Shown here: piece after piece, positions 14,201 to 25,800 of the stretch
Layout: each line of letters starts with the position of its first letter
Numbering within the stretch: the first letter of the stretch is position 1
NCBI GenBank assembly: GCA_964035545.1
Contig: OZ037765.1
Span: 19,840,995-19,904,994, forward strand
Source: Bugula neritina
Taxonomy: Eukaryota > Animalia > Bryozoa
Direction: 5' to 3'
DNA length: 64,000 nucleotides
The notes under the pieces: generated by a model
What the model was told of the DNA's origin: nothing
The model's database searches: none
The model's input: the letters and a program-made list of their open reading frames with translations, nothing else
Translations under genes and position numbers: made by a program

Positions 14201-17200
14201 CAATCATACGATTGGAATGTCTGATACACAAACTCCGTGAATCTCATATCTCCATCTTTGCCCTCGAGCCTTGACTTGACACTGCATTAGTAAAAGAATG
14301 CTAGATATTAGAGTAATGCTGAAAGAGCCTTATATTACAAGATAAGAGAGGGAAATGGAGAGAAAGCATAGCCTGGTTTGATGTCACGACTCCCCCTAAG
14401 GGCATAGAGCAATAAATAACTACTTCCATTTGACACTTCGACTAAGCAATAAAGTTATATTTAACAGCTGTGCAATTCATACGCATTACTGACACTGGAA
14501 TGCCTGGAGAGATTTTTTCCACAAATGCAGATTAAAACCACTTTTGAGTAATTTATTACATAATAATGATAGAATAAGTGACCAAAGTTTATCTGAGAAA
14601 GAGCTGAAGCTTAGACAAAGACCTGGTTAGATTTGAGAGACAGTAGGAAGTGATGAGAGAAATTATAATTATGTGGTAATACTTTGTACAGAATGCAGCC
14701 TAGAGATAAGGAGGTAGGTGCAGTAATGGAGAAATTGAGAAAAGCCTGTGTTCTAGATTGAAAACTCAGCAAAAAAGTTATGTTCTCAAAAGAACTTCAA
14801 CACGCGTTCCAAACCAAAATGTAATAATAGAATTAAAGAACTTAGGCTATCTCAATTTCTCCACTACTACTCCTGAGTGGAGACAAGTAGATGAAAGACT
14901 TGAGCAGAAAGAGTATAGGACATTGTCAAGTCCTGAAAAACCTAAATCCAAATCTTGGTACATACAATTGAATAACTTTAGATTAAAACAATAAAACAGA
15001 AGTGAAATATATGCAATCTCATCGTCTAACCTAGATTCAGCATTACCAACAACGGAGTATATGATAGAAATTATACATGCTGCAGTAAAGAGAGAATATG
15101 GCTGAATATGATAGCAACTTTTAGAACAGCATTTATCAAAAAACAACCCTGTGGTTTGATTATAGCAACTAATTTCTATAGAAAAAAGCCTAATGATACT
15201 GTTTGAAACTCAATATTAAAACAGTTGGGCTTAATTTTTGCAACCAATATTGAATAAAAACCTTTGCAAAAAACAATAATTTAAGTGCAGTAGTGGAGAA
15301 ATTGAGTTAGCCTTAGCTCTGTAATTGTCTTAATAAATTTTGGGTTTGGGGTGACGGTTGAAATTCAGCATAACTTTTTTTGCTATATTTCTAAACTAGA
15401 ACACAGGTTTTTCACCATTTCTCTATTACTGCACCAATCTCATTTGATTGAATTGTGTTAACACCAATAGTTAGGAGTGAAAAAGCACAGCAGCGGCAGT
15501 GTGTCCTGAAACTGTATATTATGACTTAGCTCGATCACCTACACGGCTCTCTGAAACATGTCAACCAGTTTGAACTCTGAGGCTATGCTATCGGTGTACT
15601 GGTCAAGTGTCATAGTGCTGTACCACTCCTTGTTGTTCAGCACACTGAAATCAAAATAGGAAACCTTGCAGCTTGGTACATAGGCCTACTGAAGTACTGA
15701 CAAATGTTTAAAGGAAAGAGGACACAACTTCAAGTAGAAGAATATGCTGCAATACAAAATAGAATTAACAGGTTTATAATTATTATTGAATACATTGTAT
15801 GGAGCTATATGAGAGACATAGTAAACTTTAAAAGGTTCCACTCAGAAAATCACAATTAAATTATCTCCTATGCAAATGCCATTTCAGAAACTCAATACTG
15901 GCTAATAGCTGTTATGAAAACATCCACATGTACAACGATACACTATAAGCTTTTAGGAAGGATTTTGCCTGGAAGCTGTAACATAATTATTTAAAAATAT
16001 ATTAATGCCAAATGTCTGCACTACAAGCACTATAAATAATATATGCTGTAAGATTACCTAAAACTGCCGGAGTCTATGTTATGTTTATCAGCATAGCGCT
16101 GGAATATATTAGTGATTTGTTCCTGTAGAGCAATTGAGTTTCTTTCCAGCTGCTGATGGCTGATTAAAACTCTGTCCTCGTCTTTGCCTTCAGGATCTCC
16201 AAGTTTAGCTGTCACTCCCCCAATCTACTAGGAATATTGGAAAAACAAGGCATGTCAATTAAAAATAATTTTACCTAGTTAGTACAAACACTTCATCTAG
16301 AAAAACTAGCTAGATTAAAAGTCATAAGTATTTAGTTGCATCAGACTTTTAGCTATCTGCTGTTCTAGAACTAACAAGTCCAGCAATAACAACTAGATTC
16401 TACTGCTAGAAAGCAAGTTGCAAACATATCCAGACCTGTAAAACCAGCTTCATAAACAGTATGCAGTATGTGGGGGGGGGTTTAGAAACACAATAATAGA
16501 ATATTATACGATACACACTATTAGTCTAGAAAAAACATTATTTTTCTGATTGAAGAGAATGTGGTAAATGTAACAACTCACTAAAGCTATCACAGGAAAT
16601 CCATTCTTAGCGAGAGAGAGGAGAACAGATAGGAGAGTCATGTGACCTAGATGTAAACTGTCAGCTGTCGGGTCAAATCCACAGTAATACGCAGGAGCGT
16701 TGTTTTGTATGGAAGAAAATGTGTCAAATATTCTACAACAATTGAAGATGAATACACCAAGTTGCGAAGAATGACAACTCCCAAATGTAGAAACAGCGCA
16801 TTATTATTGCAAAGAATAAAAAACCAATTATACACTGCTTATGCACACTGTTTCCTGTAAATATTTACAGTAACCTCTATATATTATAAAGTAACACATG
16901 GAAAAATATATTACAGATGACTCTAAATTCATCAATTTTAAGCTTCTCAGTGCACAACTAAAATGTGAAAGTGCCCAACTTTTGAATGGTTCAGCATAAT
17001 AGAGTTATCCACTCTTTAAAAATGAATGTCTACTTTTGAAAATAGAATCTGGCATCATGTATTCATTATTGCACAGCACAACTAGCCTAATCTCACCACT
17101 ACCACCAAAAATTTACTGTATGTTGAAAGAAGTATATACCAAATTGTAGACAAAACCCGTATAAAATATTTATTCTATTAATTAAGCGATTTCAAAAATT

Positions 17201-17747
17201 TCTTTCAGGTTAATTATTAGCCAATCAATAAATAAGCTTCATTTTCCTATTAATCACCAAGTTAATTTTGTTTTCATATAATATAAATAAAAAGAATGAA
17301 CGTTACTTTACAGAAAAACAGATTAGGGAGCTGTTCACAAATCTTTAATATTCATTATGACTAGGAGTCCATCTGTGTATAACTGATTACAAATTTGCCA
17401 CACTCTTCAAAACGAGAGATAAAAGTATAAAGTAGGCTTGCACACATGAGGATGCACCGCATTGATAGCATTCAACTAACTTTAACAGATGTCTGTGTTG
17501 CTTTGTTTCTTCTAGCCTTAAATCAGGAGTTCGACGTCTTATTGTGACTCGACCTTTTCCCATTTTCTTTTCAGGAACTGTAATGCATTGTATCATGCCT
17601 CTCTCTATCATCTGGTGAATGCATTTCATTCTTAAAAGTATAAAGCAGACATTGTTAAACTGATTGTAATACGCAGCAATCAAGTAAAAAGGATAAGTGA
17701 AAACACAGTACTAACCTTGATGCCGTCATTAGAACTTGATTCTGCAT
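11240..17747 (-). CDS. YARS2: Tyrosyl-tRNA synthetase, bacterial/mitochondrial type (YARS2-like), ~351 aa, apparently lacking the C-terminal S4-like domain
   Basis: Minus-strand exons 17747-17716, 17630-17481, 16732-16582, 16224-16058, 15644-15543, 14281-14164, 13168-13084, 12243-12056, 11302-11240, phase-consistent. Motifs [15 protein letters not shown] (HIGH), [42 protein letters not shown] (KMSKS-like). Mostly missed by the ORF track. First and last exons are less certain than the core. Confidence 0.85.
14717..14873. mobile_element. MITE family C copy (YARS2 intron)
   Basis: GGTGCAGTAATGGAGAAATTGAGAAAAGCCTGTGTTCTAGA...TCTCAATTTCTCCACTACTACTCC; reverse orientation relative to the 55079 copy. 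Confidence 0.78.
15283..15435. mobile_element. MITE family C copy (YARS2 intron)
   Basis: GTGCAGTAGTGGAGAAATTGAG...CTAGAACACAGG...TATTACTGCACC; same orientation as the 55079 copy. Confidence 0.75.
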
Positions 17748-19900
17748 TTCAATTCACAGAAAGTACAGCTTAGTCTCAGTTTCTTTCTGAATAAAAAGTG
17801 GTGTCAGTTGAACATAGTAGTCAGACAAATGTGATGTATTAAAACACACTGTGGTCTAGAAGCTTTATAAGGTCATCTAAGCAAAGTGCAAGATTTAAAA
17901 TTCAACTCAAGTAGGCCTACATTGAACTTGAAGTTTTCATGAAGAAAAAGTCATATGACCTGCAAAAAAATTAAAACCGTGAATCAATTACTTGTAAAAG
18001 TATTGATACACTGTCTAAAAACATAATTAATATATTTCAAACTAGCCAGAGTATACCTAGCAGTCACCTATAAATCATTTCATTATTTGATGAATCAATT
18101 GTAAATCCATGAAGTTTAGCTATAGAGTTGTTATAGAGACATGTATTTAAACTTGGCTATTATAATTTTATAAATATTAGGCAGAATTGTGACAGAAAGA
18201 AATGAGATAACAGAATTTCATGCTCATATTTGACTATTAGTAATAGATGGTGCTAGTGATTTAAGACTTTAGCCTCATTACACAATGAAAACCTTCAGAT
18301 TTAGGGCTAGTGTAAATGCAGACATGTTATCATTATGAATGTAAAACTACTATGAGTTTTAAATCAAATGATACAGTAATAAAGTATCAAATCCAACATA
18401 TCTAATATTATAAATAAATATTACTGCATTCGGTTTTACTCACAGATTACAGTGTAAATTACATAAAACAATAATTTAATACATTATTGTAAGAACAAAT
18501 ACTATTTTTATACTTGATATAGGACTTAAATCTTTACTAACATGACTATATTTTCAATTTAAATTTTTATGGATAGTATTTTTAATATTTTTAGCTATAA
18601 CTTATAGTTACTCATACAAATTAACTTGTAGTAATTTACAGATATCAGTAATACTATTGAGCAGTCAGGCTCAACACCTAAACTACCAATAAAGTTTTGT
18701 TAATAAATTAACTTAGCCACTGCATCACTTAACTAATAATTATCATTAACTTTTACTGTCACCAAGTGGAACTGTAAAGTGACATTAAATAAAAATGATA
18801 ACTAAAAAAGTTTCCATGAACCGAGAACAATTAACCAAACATGAACATGTGTTTTTTTAGATAATGACATATTGATATGATTAAAATTGAACTGAAGTTG
18901 AACCTATTGGACCACAAATATGTCTTCTCACAAATATACAACTTAGGCAACATGATAAGATAGAGAAAATATTATGTCACCAACCGATTTAAACTACTGC
19001 AGCACTAACTCCCTTAGCAGTGTAACACAAGCCCTCTTTCACTGCACTATTAGAACAATTGGATAACAGGAATGCTGAATGTTATGCTCACTGGGAGTAA
19101 GAGCTCACTCCACATTATACAGGGATCCCCTCCGCTAAGCAATTTAACTCTACCAAGAATCAAACCCCAATAGTATTACATTTATGTTATTCTTCACTCT
19201 ATGACAAGTAGCTCAAATTATATAACTTATGCTAACAGGTTTTTGCTAAAAGTACAACAAGAACATAACTATAAGTAAAAGTTTTACTTGGCACCTATAA
19301 AAGCAGTATGTAGAGTTTAAGCATAACCAAAGGTGCCTGCTATTAATAGACTCTATAAATAATTCAAAGAAAAGCCCTGTGTTAATATAGAATAGGATGA
19401 GCATCATTTTTTAGTAAGCACTGAAAACACAATTTCGCTTCTCATTCACTGTTGGTAAGGTAGTTAGCAGACGCAATGCAGTAGATAACGACTCACTTCA
19501 CACTGTAAACATTAGAGATCAAACTTTATGAAGTCTGATTCCTGATGTTACACTCCCTAGCATAGTGATACTGATAGTCAGAGATGTTGACTAACATTTA
19601 ACTTTTTAATTTGATGTTACTGTTAGATAGCAACAGTAAATGTAATACACTTACAGTCTGAATCACAGACCACAGTGGACATGCCAATCACTTTATCACT
19701 TAAACTTTATGATTATCATTATGATTATCAGTAATTCAGTTTCAGTTTGTTTTGTTTTTAAATTTATATAATTTGAATTTAAAGTAGTGTTTAATAATTA
19801 ATAATTATTATAACATTAACTAAACAACCGTTAGTAAATGTAGTACTAGTATTACATTTAGTTTTACTATTACTATTAGTATTATACTTTAACTTTTACT

Positions 19901-21042
19901 TTAAAACTCTCCAGGATTGGAACAATTGACACACATATACTTCACTGGATACATAACTTCCCGACTGATAGGTCCCAGCAGGTGATACTTAATGGTAAGG
20001 TGTCAAGCAGTCTTCCAGTCTCGTCAGGAGTACCTCAGGGATCAGTTCTCGGGCTTGTGCTTTTCCTGATTTATCAATGACCTCCCAAACGAGGTAGATT
20101 GCCCAGTCGCCCTATTTGCAGACGACACCTTAATGTACCAGACCATCACAAGCCAGCAGGACACAGCCCGTTTTCAGCACAACCTGAACTCTTTGGACTT
20201 CTGGGCGTCCAGGATGAGTATGTCTTTCAATGTGAAGAAAAGCAAGATCATCATCTTCAGTGACAAGAAATTCACACATAACTATTCACTTGGAGGCCAG
20301 ACTCTCGCAGTTGTTGACCACGCATTGTATCTTGGTGTCACAATACAATCAGACCTGAAGTTTGACATGCATATCCAGCAGAAATTACTCACAGCGAAGC
20401 AACAACTCGGGATGATTAAAAGGGCACTGTATTGGGCACCAGAAAAGGCGAAGTTAATAGCATATAAAACCCTGTGTCGTCCTCACCTAGAATATGCTGC
20501 TGCTGTGTGGGACCCTAGCTCCAAGAAGGCTGCAGTAGACATCGGGCAAATGCAAGAGCAGGCTGTGAGATTTGTGGCAGGTATTAAAGGCAGGGGTAGC
20601 TCAGATGAGGCAAGATCTAGGCTTGGATTACCCCCCCCCCTGCAAAACAGGCACAAAGACCTACGACTTATTCTCTTGATGCGGATCCTGGCCAAAGAGA
20701 AATATCATCCTTCGCTCTCAAAATCGTATGAACACCTCATGGACCAGCCCACTACATCAGTTACCACCAGGTCCCAGTCAAATGGCATGCCCACCACTTT
20801 CAGGAGTAACACCTCACTATTTCATAACAGCTTCTTACCCAGAACGATACGTGATATGAAAATAACACCAAATGCTGCTCACAGACAGGCCTCATAAGGC
20901 CCTGTACTGACACCAAAGTCCTAAACAGAACTGCACCTATGTGATAAAAGTATTAACTACATTTAATAATTCTGTTCACCAAACGAGGCACGTCGCTTAC
21001 ACTAATTTAGTGGTCTAACGTGATTGCATCTTCAAGTTCAAG
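19901..21042 (+). mobile_element. 5'-truncated non-LTR retrotransposon (CR1/L2-group LINE): RT C-terminal half plus 3' UTR, defective
   Basis: Translates to WIHNF.TDRSQQVILNG..SS..PVSSGVPQGSVLG.VLFLIY, then a frameshift at ~20073, then NDLP......LFADDT; continues in ORF 20133-20897 (FNVKKSK, YLGVTI, YKTLCRPHLEYAAAVWDP). Ends in TTCAAGTTCAAG tandem tail. GC is clearly higher than the flanks. Confidence 0.92.
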
Positions 21043-21739
21043 TAAGTATAATTAATAATAATAATTTAAATTAATATTTGTATTATAACTATAACTATAG
21101 GTAATTTCAACTGTAAAGTAACAATTATTAATAAATTCAAAATGTTTTTCACTCATTTGTAATTTATTTCTAATCATAATGATATTTTGATAATCATATT
21201 ATAATTATTATCAATATCAGAGTTTTAGTTTTAAGTTTTATATAAATCAAATGATTATAAAATGTTTTTCGTTGATCTATTTCTAATAAAATTACTAGCT
21301 CACAAGCCTGTAAATATTTCCAAACTATTAGTATAAGTATGGTCTATAAGATTTAGCTGATAAATATGATAAATGATTTATCATGAAGGTGATCATCATG
21401 ATGATTATGATTTTCCATTTCATGCTGCGCATTGTAAATATCATACAAAGGAACAATAATACAGTCGCTGACTTCAGCGAATCAAGCGATTCAAGTTTGA
21501 TCTCTTCGCTTGACCCAATACTATCACTTCCGTCACTAATTTCCATTTCCCATCACATAGATGGAAGATGCATTTCATTTCAATATTTCCTACTTTTGCA
21601 AAATGAAAATTTAAATAAACCACGCCCCTGCAACTTGGGTTTGCAGCAGAATTAACTGAATTTTAGGCTTCATCAATGTTATATCTTTTTTAGTGATAGT
21701 TGTGTTAGTTCTTTTAAAACCAAGTACTGAAGTAATACT

Positions 21740-21818
21740 AGTTACTACTAGTACTAGTACTAGTAGTAGTACCAGTACTACTACTGGCACTGCTCTACTA
21801 CTAGTAATACTACTACTT

Positions 21819-21859
<41 letters not shown>

Positions 21860-21945
21860 GCTGCTGCTAGAGTGCTACTACTAGACGTATTAGTAGACGT
21901 AGTACTGTAGTAGTACTACTACTCGCTGCTATTACTAATAATAAC
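21740..21945. repeat. (CTA)n / (TAG)n microsatellite
   Basis: Directly visible; core CTA run ~21820-21860. Confidence 0.9.
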
Positions 21946-22094
21946 AGGCAATATAGTTATAAATGTTGGTATAACTATAAATATTACTGATATTAAATAT
22001 CACTGTATTACTATTAGTATTACTATTACTATTACTATTAGTATAAGTATTATATTTAGTATTACTATTAGTATTAGTATTACATTTAGTTTTT

Positions 22095-22260
22095 TAATAT
22101 TAAATATTACTGTATTAGTATTACATTTAGTTTTTTGACTGACTACTAGTACTCAGTAGCAGTACAGCTACTAATAATATTAGTAGCTGTACTGCTACTG
22201 AGTACTAGTAGTTAGTCAAAAAAACTAAATGTAATACTAATGCAGTAATATTTAATATTA
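22095..22260. repeat. Near-perfect 166 bp palindrome
   Basis: Arms 22095-22176 and 22178-22260 around a single central base at 22177; two substitutions and one indel in a T/A run. Confidence 0.9.
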
Positions 22261-22807
22261 GGTAGTAATATTAATAGTATTTATACTAATATTTCTATTG
22301 TCTGTAACTGTTAGTATTAGTATTGCATCCCAATTAATATAAATATTTATATTAGACTTAGTATTACTATTACTATGAGTATTACTATTAGTATTACCAT
22401 CAGTATTATACATATACAGATCATATTGTCTTAAGTCTACAAATAAAACTCTTAGTGCTTATGTAGCTGAAACATAGATTGTTAAATTAAATCATTGTTA
22501 TTGTTTGCTCTTATCTAAAATTTTTAGTATTTTTTATGCTGATTTATGTTAAGGATCTGGTCACTTAAAATCTACTAACAGTTTTTTATCCTACAGTCAA
22601 ATTACACTATTTTTATATATCTATACACTAGTTAGTTAATATGAAATTAGCTAAAGTGATGTTAAAAGTAATCATCCCTATAGTAGAACAAGTTAGCATT
22701 AAAATATTTTATAGCCTTTAATAAGTTTATACATGTAACTTATAAATGTTAACTAGTTAGTAGCTGTTATAAGTATCCTCACTGCATTCACTCTATTTTA
22801 GTAGCAT

Positions 22808-25800
22808 ATGGCATCTAAACTCCCTGCAGCAATTTCAGCGTCTCAAAAAGCTGAAAATGAAGTTGAGGCCAAGCATGACCATTTGATTACAGAACTCGAA
22901 TCTTCCGAAGGTCACACTCCATCAACATTGCGGTAATTGTATTCTACTAACATATTAAAAAAATCTCTTCTCAAACACTGTGTTTTTAAGCTTCATATTA
23001 TGGAAATGGATTTTTCATTTGTTGTTTTGGGAACAGTTGCATCGGATGAAACCACAGATCACAACACGCAGATCCATTCGCAAGGATTCATCGAAGCAAT
23101 GGAAACACAGTAAATAAGCAGCACATGATTAATATTATGCTGTTGCATTTATATTTTAGAACAATTTACCATGATAATGAACATGAACATTTTGCTAAGA
23201 AACTCGAATCCCGCATCAAGTTGCAGGATAAGGAGATTGAAAAGATGTGTCACCGCCATTATCAAGGGTTTATTGATGCAGTGAGAGAGCTGCTCCAAGT
23301 TCGTGGGCAGGCAAATTCTGTCAAAGTAATTTCTTAGCATTTCATTCTCTACTACAGAATTTTTTATATTATTTTTAGTTCTAACCTATCACACAGCCAC
23401 CTAGTTATAAATTAAACAAAATAAAGTTAAAACTAGTTTTAATTAGCAAACAAAAAGCTACTAAATGTTGAAAATTTGTGTTTTGACACAGGTTTTTAAC
23501 TATCTTGCACATTTTTGTGTTCGCAAAAGGTGTACAACTTCTTATTCTACTCAGCTTAGCATTTTTACTTTCTAAAATGTATGCTGCAGGGTAAAAGAAC
23601 AAAACTACCTAAACTGTATTATTAGAATGTCGTTTCACCTTACATGCATGTTGATAGTGCATTTGATTCTTGTAACGTATAATTATTTTTTATTTTTCTG
23701 CTAGTAAAGATATGTACAAATGCTAGGTTAGAGAAAACTTTTACTACATATTTCATGTCAAAAATTCTTCAATATGATAAAAGAGAGACAGATCATTCTT
23801 GATAGATCCCATGCTTCTGTATGTGTGCGGTATCTTTTTATTTTCATAACTTGCAGCCAAGGTTATGATTTAGTTGATTAGGAGGAATGCACACTACTTA
23901 CCTGTGTCATTTATCCCATGTTCTAGGATGATATAGCCCTTGTGGATAGCCAGCTGCAAGACTCTAGTAAACCTTTAATCTCCAAAGCAGAAGAATTGAT
24001 TGAGTGTCGGAAAACTCAGAAAAATGCGTGCTCTGTAGTAGAAACATTAGAACTAGCACTTCCAGGTTTGTCGATTATTGTAAGACTTGGTCCGGTTATG
24101 AATATTCAGGTCCATTAATGTATTTCCAGTTAGGCACATTTTATTATGCATTTCATTAAACCTCAGAAATCATCAATTAAGTTATTCATTAGAACAAATT
24201 GACTTTATGGCAGCGAGGGCATTATCCTTTACGACTAAAATCAACTTGTAAATTTGAGTTAGCAAAGTACAGAATAGTGGAATTGTTTATCTATAGATGA
24301 AAAAATTTAAATTCATGGATTGCCTGCAGTGGTTTTGCTTAAAACCGAGTGCAGTAGATGGTATTATTTTAACTCTACAGTTAGTTTCCTCAGCTGATTT
24401 GAGACTCTCAATCTAATTTTACTTATAGAGGATATACATATGTATTTTGTATATTCTCTAAGGATAGTATTATATCATATTCCATACATTACATACTTAA
24501 TAGAATAAATAAGCTTAGCTACTCTTAATAACCAAACATAATAATCTGTAGTTCGAAAACTTTCAAAAGTTATTCAATGAGCCACTTGAGCAATTATTTA
24601 GTCATGTAAAACGCCAATTTTGATTTCAATTATGTTATGCAATAGTAAACTTATCATTACAGTTGCAATGTCTATTATTTAGTCAAGTAAAATATCTTAT
24701 AAAAGAAAAGTATACAGCAGTGAGCTGAGCACTCATTCAATTCCAGTTGATAGTTTAATGGATAATTAGTGCAATTTCCAATTCATAGTAAGTAATTGAT
24801 CATAGCATTGCTAAGTTAACATTGAAATTCAGATAATAGTTCTAGAATTTTATTTCGCAAACTATTCTATAAGGTTTGTTGCAAGTTCTAGTTTACATCT
24901 TTTATGGCAATTGTTTGCGTTAAAAACATCCGATGTTGTACCCCAGTAGGGGTGGAAATAGCAGTTAATTTATAATTCTCTTTTTACAGTTCTGGAAATG
25001 TACTCCAAGTTGCAGGAACAGATGCTAGCCAAAAGGTCAGTTAATGCTGTAAACAAACTTGCTATAATATACATTGCTTTGTTGCTATTGTAGATTCGAC
25101 ATGAAATTAGCCAGTAAGATTTTTTAGTTAAACTATGTATATCAGTCAGCCTACTAACACGATTTTCAATGTTGGTGCAAGTACAAGAGCTAAGTACAAT
25201 GCTTTTGTGTAGTTGTTGTGCTTAGGAGTTAGTAAATGAAGAATCACTGCTTGCTGCTAATTATGGCATAAATTTTTAGGTTTTACCCACTAATGTTTGG
25301 TATTTGTGATGTACATGGGCATATAATATATTTATATATTTTTGAAATATTCATGGATCAAAGCTTTTAGCCAAATGTTACGATTTAAAATTATCTATCT
25401 TACTATAATTTTAATTCTAAAATATTAGTCAAACAAGATTGTGCAGTGGTTAGAAAATAACCATTATGCATATAGTGTAACTCTCTTGTGCTCCAATTAT
25501 AATGCCTATAAATGAACAGCATTCACTTACTACTTTTCTCAACAGGTATTATCCTGCGTTGAAAACTCTGGAGCAGCTAGAGCACACGTACCTGCCACGT
25601 ATATCTAGATTCAGGTTTACTCAGCGCATGTGCTCCACCATACCAACTATTAGAACCCAGATCAAAGAAGCCTCCATGTCTGATTTGAAAGACTTCCTGG
25701 AAAGTATTCGTCGTCACTGTTCAAGGGTGGGGGAGGCTGCCATGATACAGGTTAGTGCGGCTTTTGCGGAAAAATCTTTACACATTAACCCTTAACTCAT

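Noticed and set aside
14758-15146. ORFs 14758-14994 (+) and 14847-15146 (-) as extra exons or genes
   Set aside because: They overlap a MITE; TyrRS homology is continuous across this intron without them.
15539-15541. Apparent premature TAG in the TyrRS exon
   Set aside because: The donor GT|GTAGGT at 15543/15542 removes it and gives the phase required by the next exon.
11240-17747. Bacterial horizontal transfer of tyrS
   Set aside because: Eight spliceosomal introns, host-like composition and motifs closest to animal YARS2 as I recall them; a phylogeny would settle it.
21693-21884. Poly-Leu ORF (also 35992-36186)
   Set aside because: Simple-repeat artefacts.
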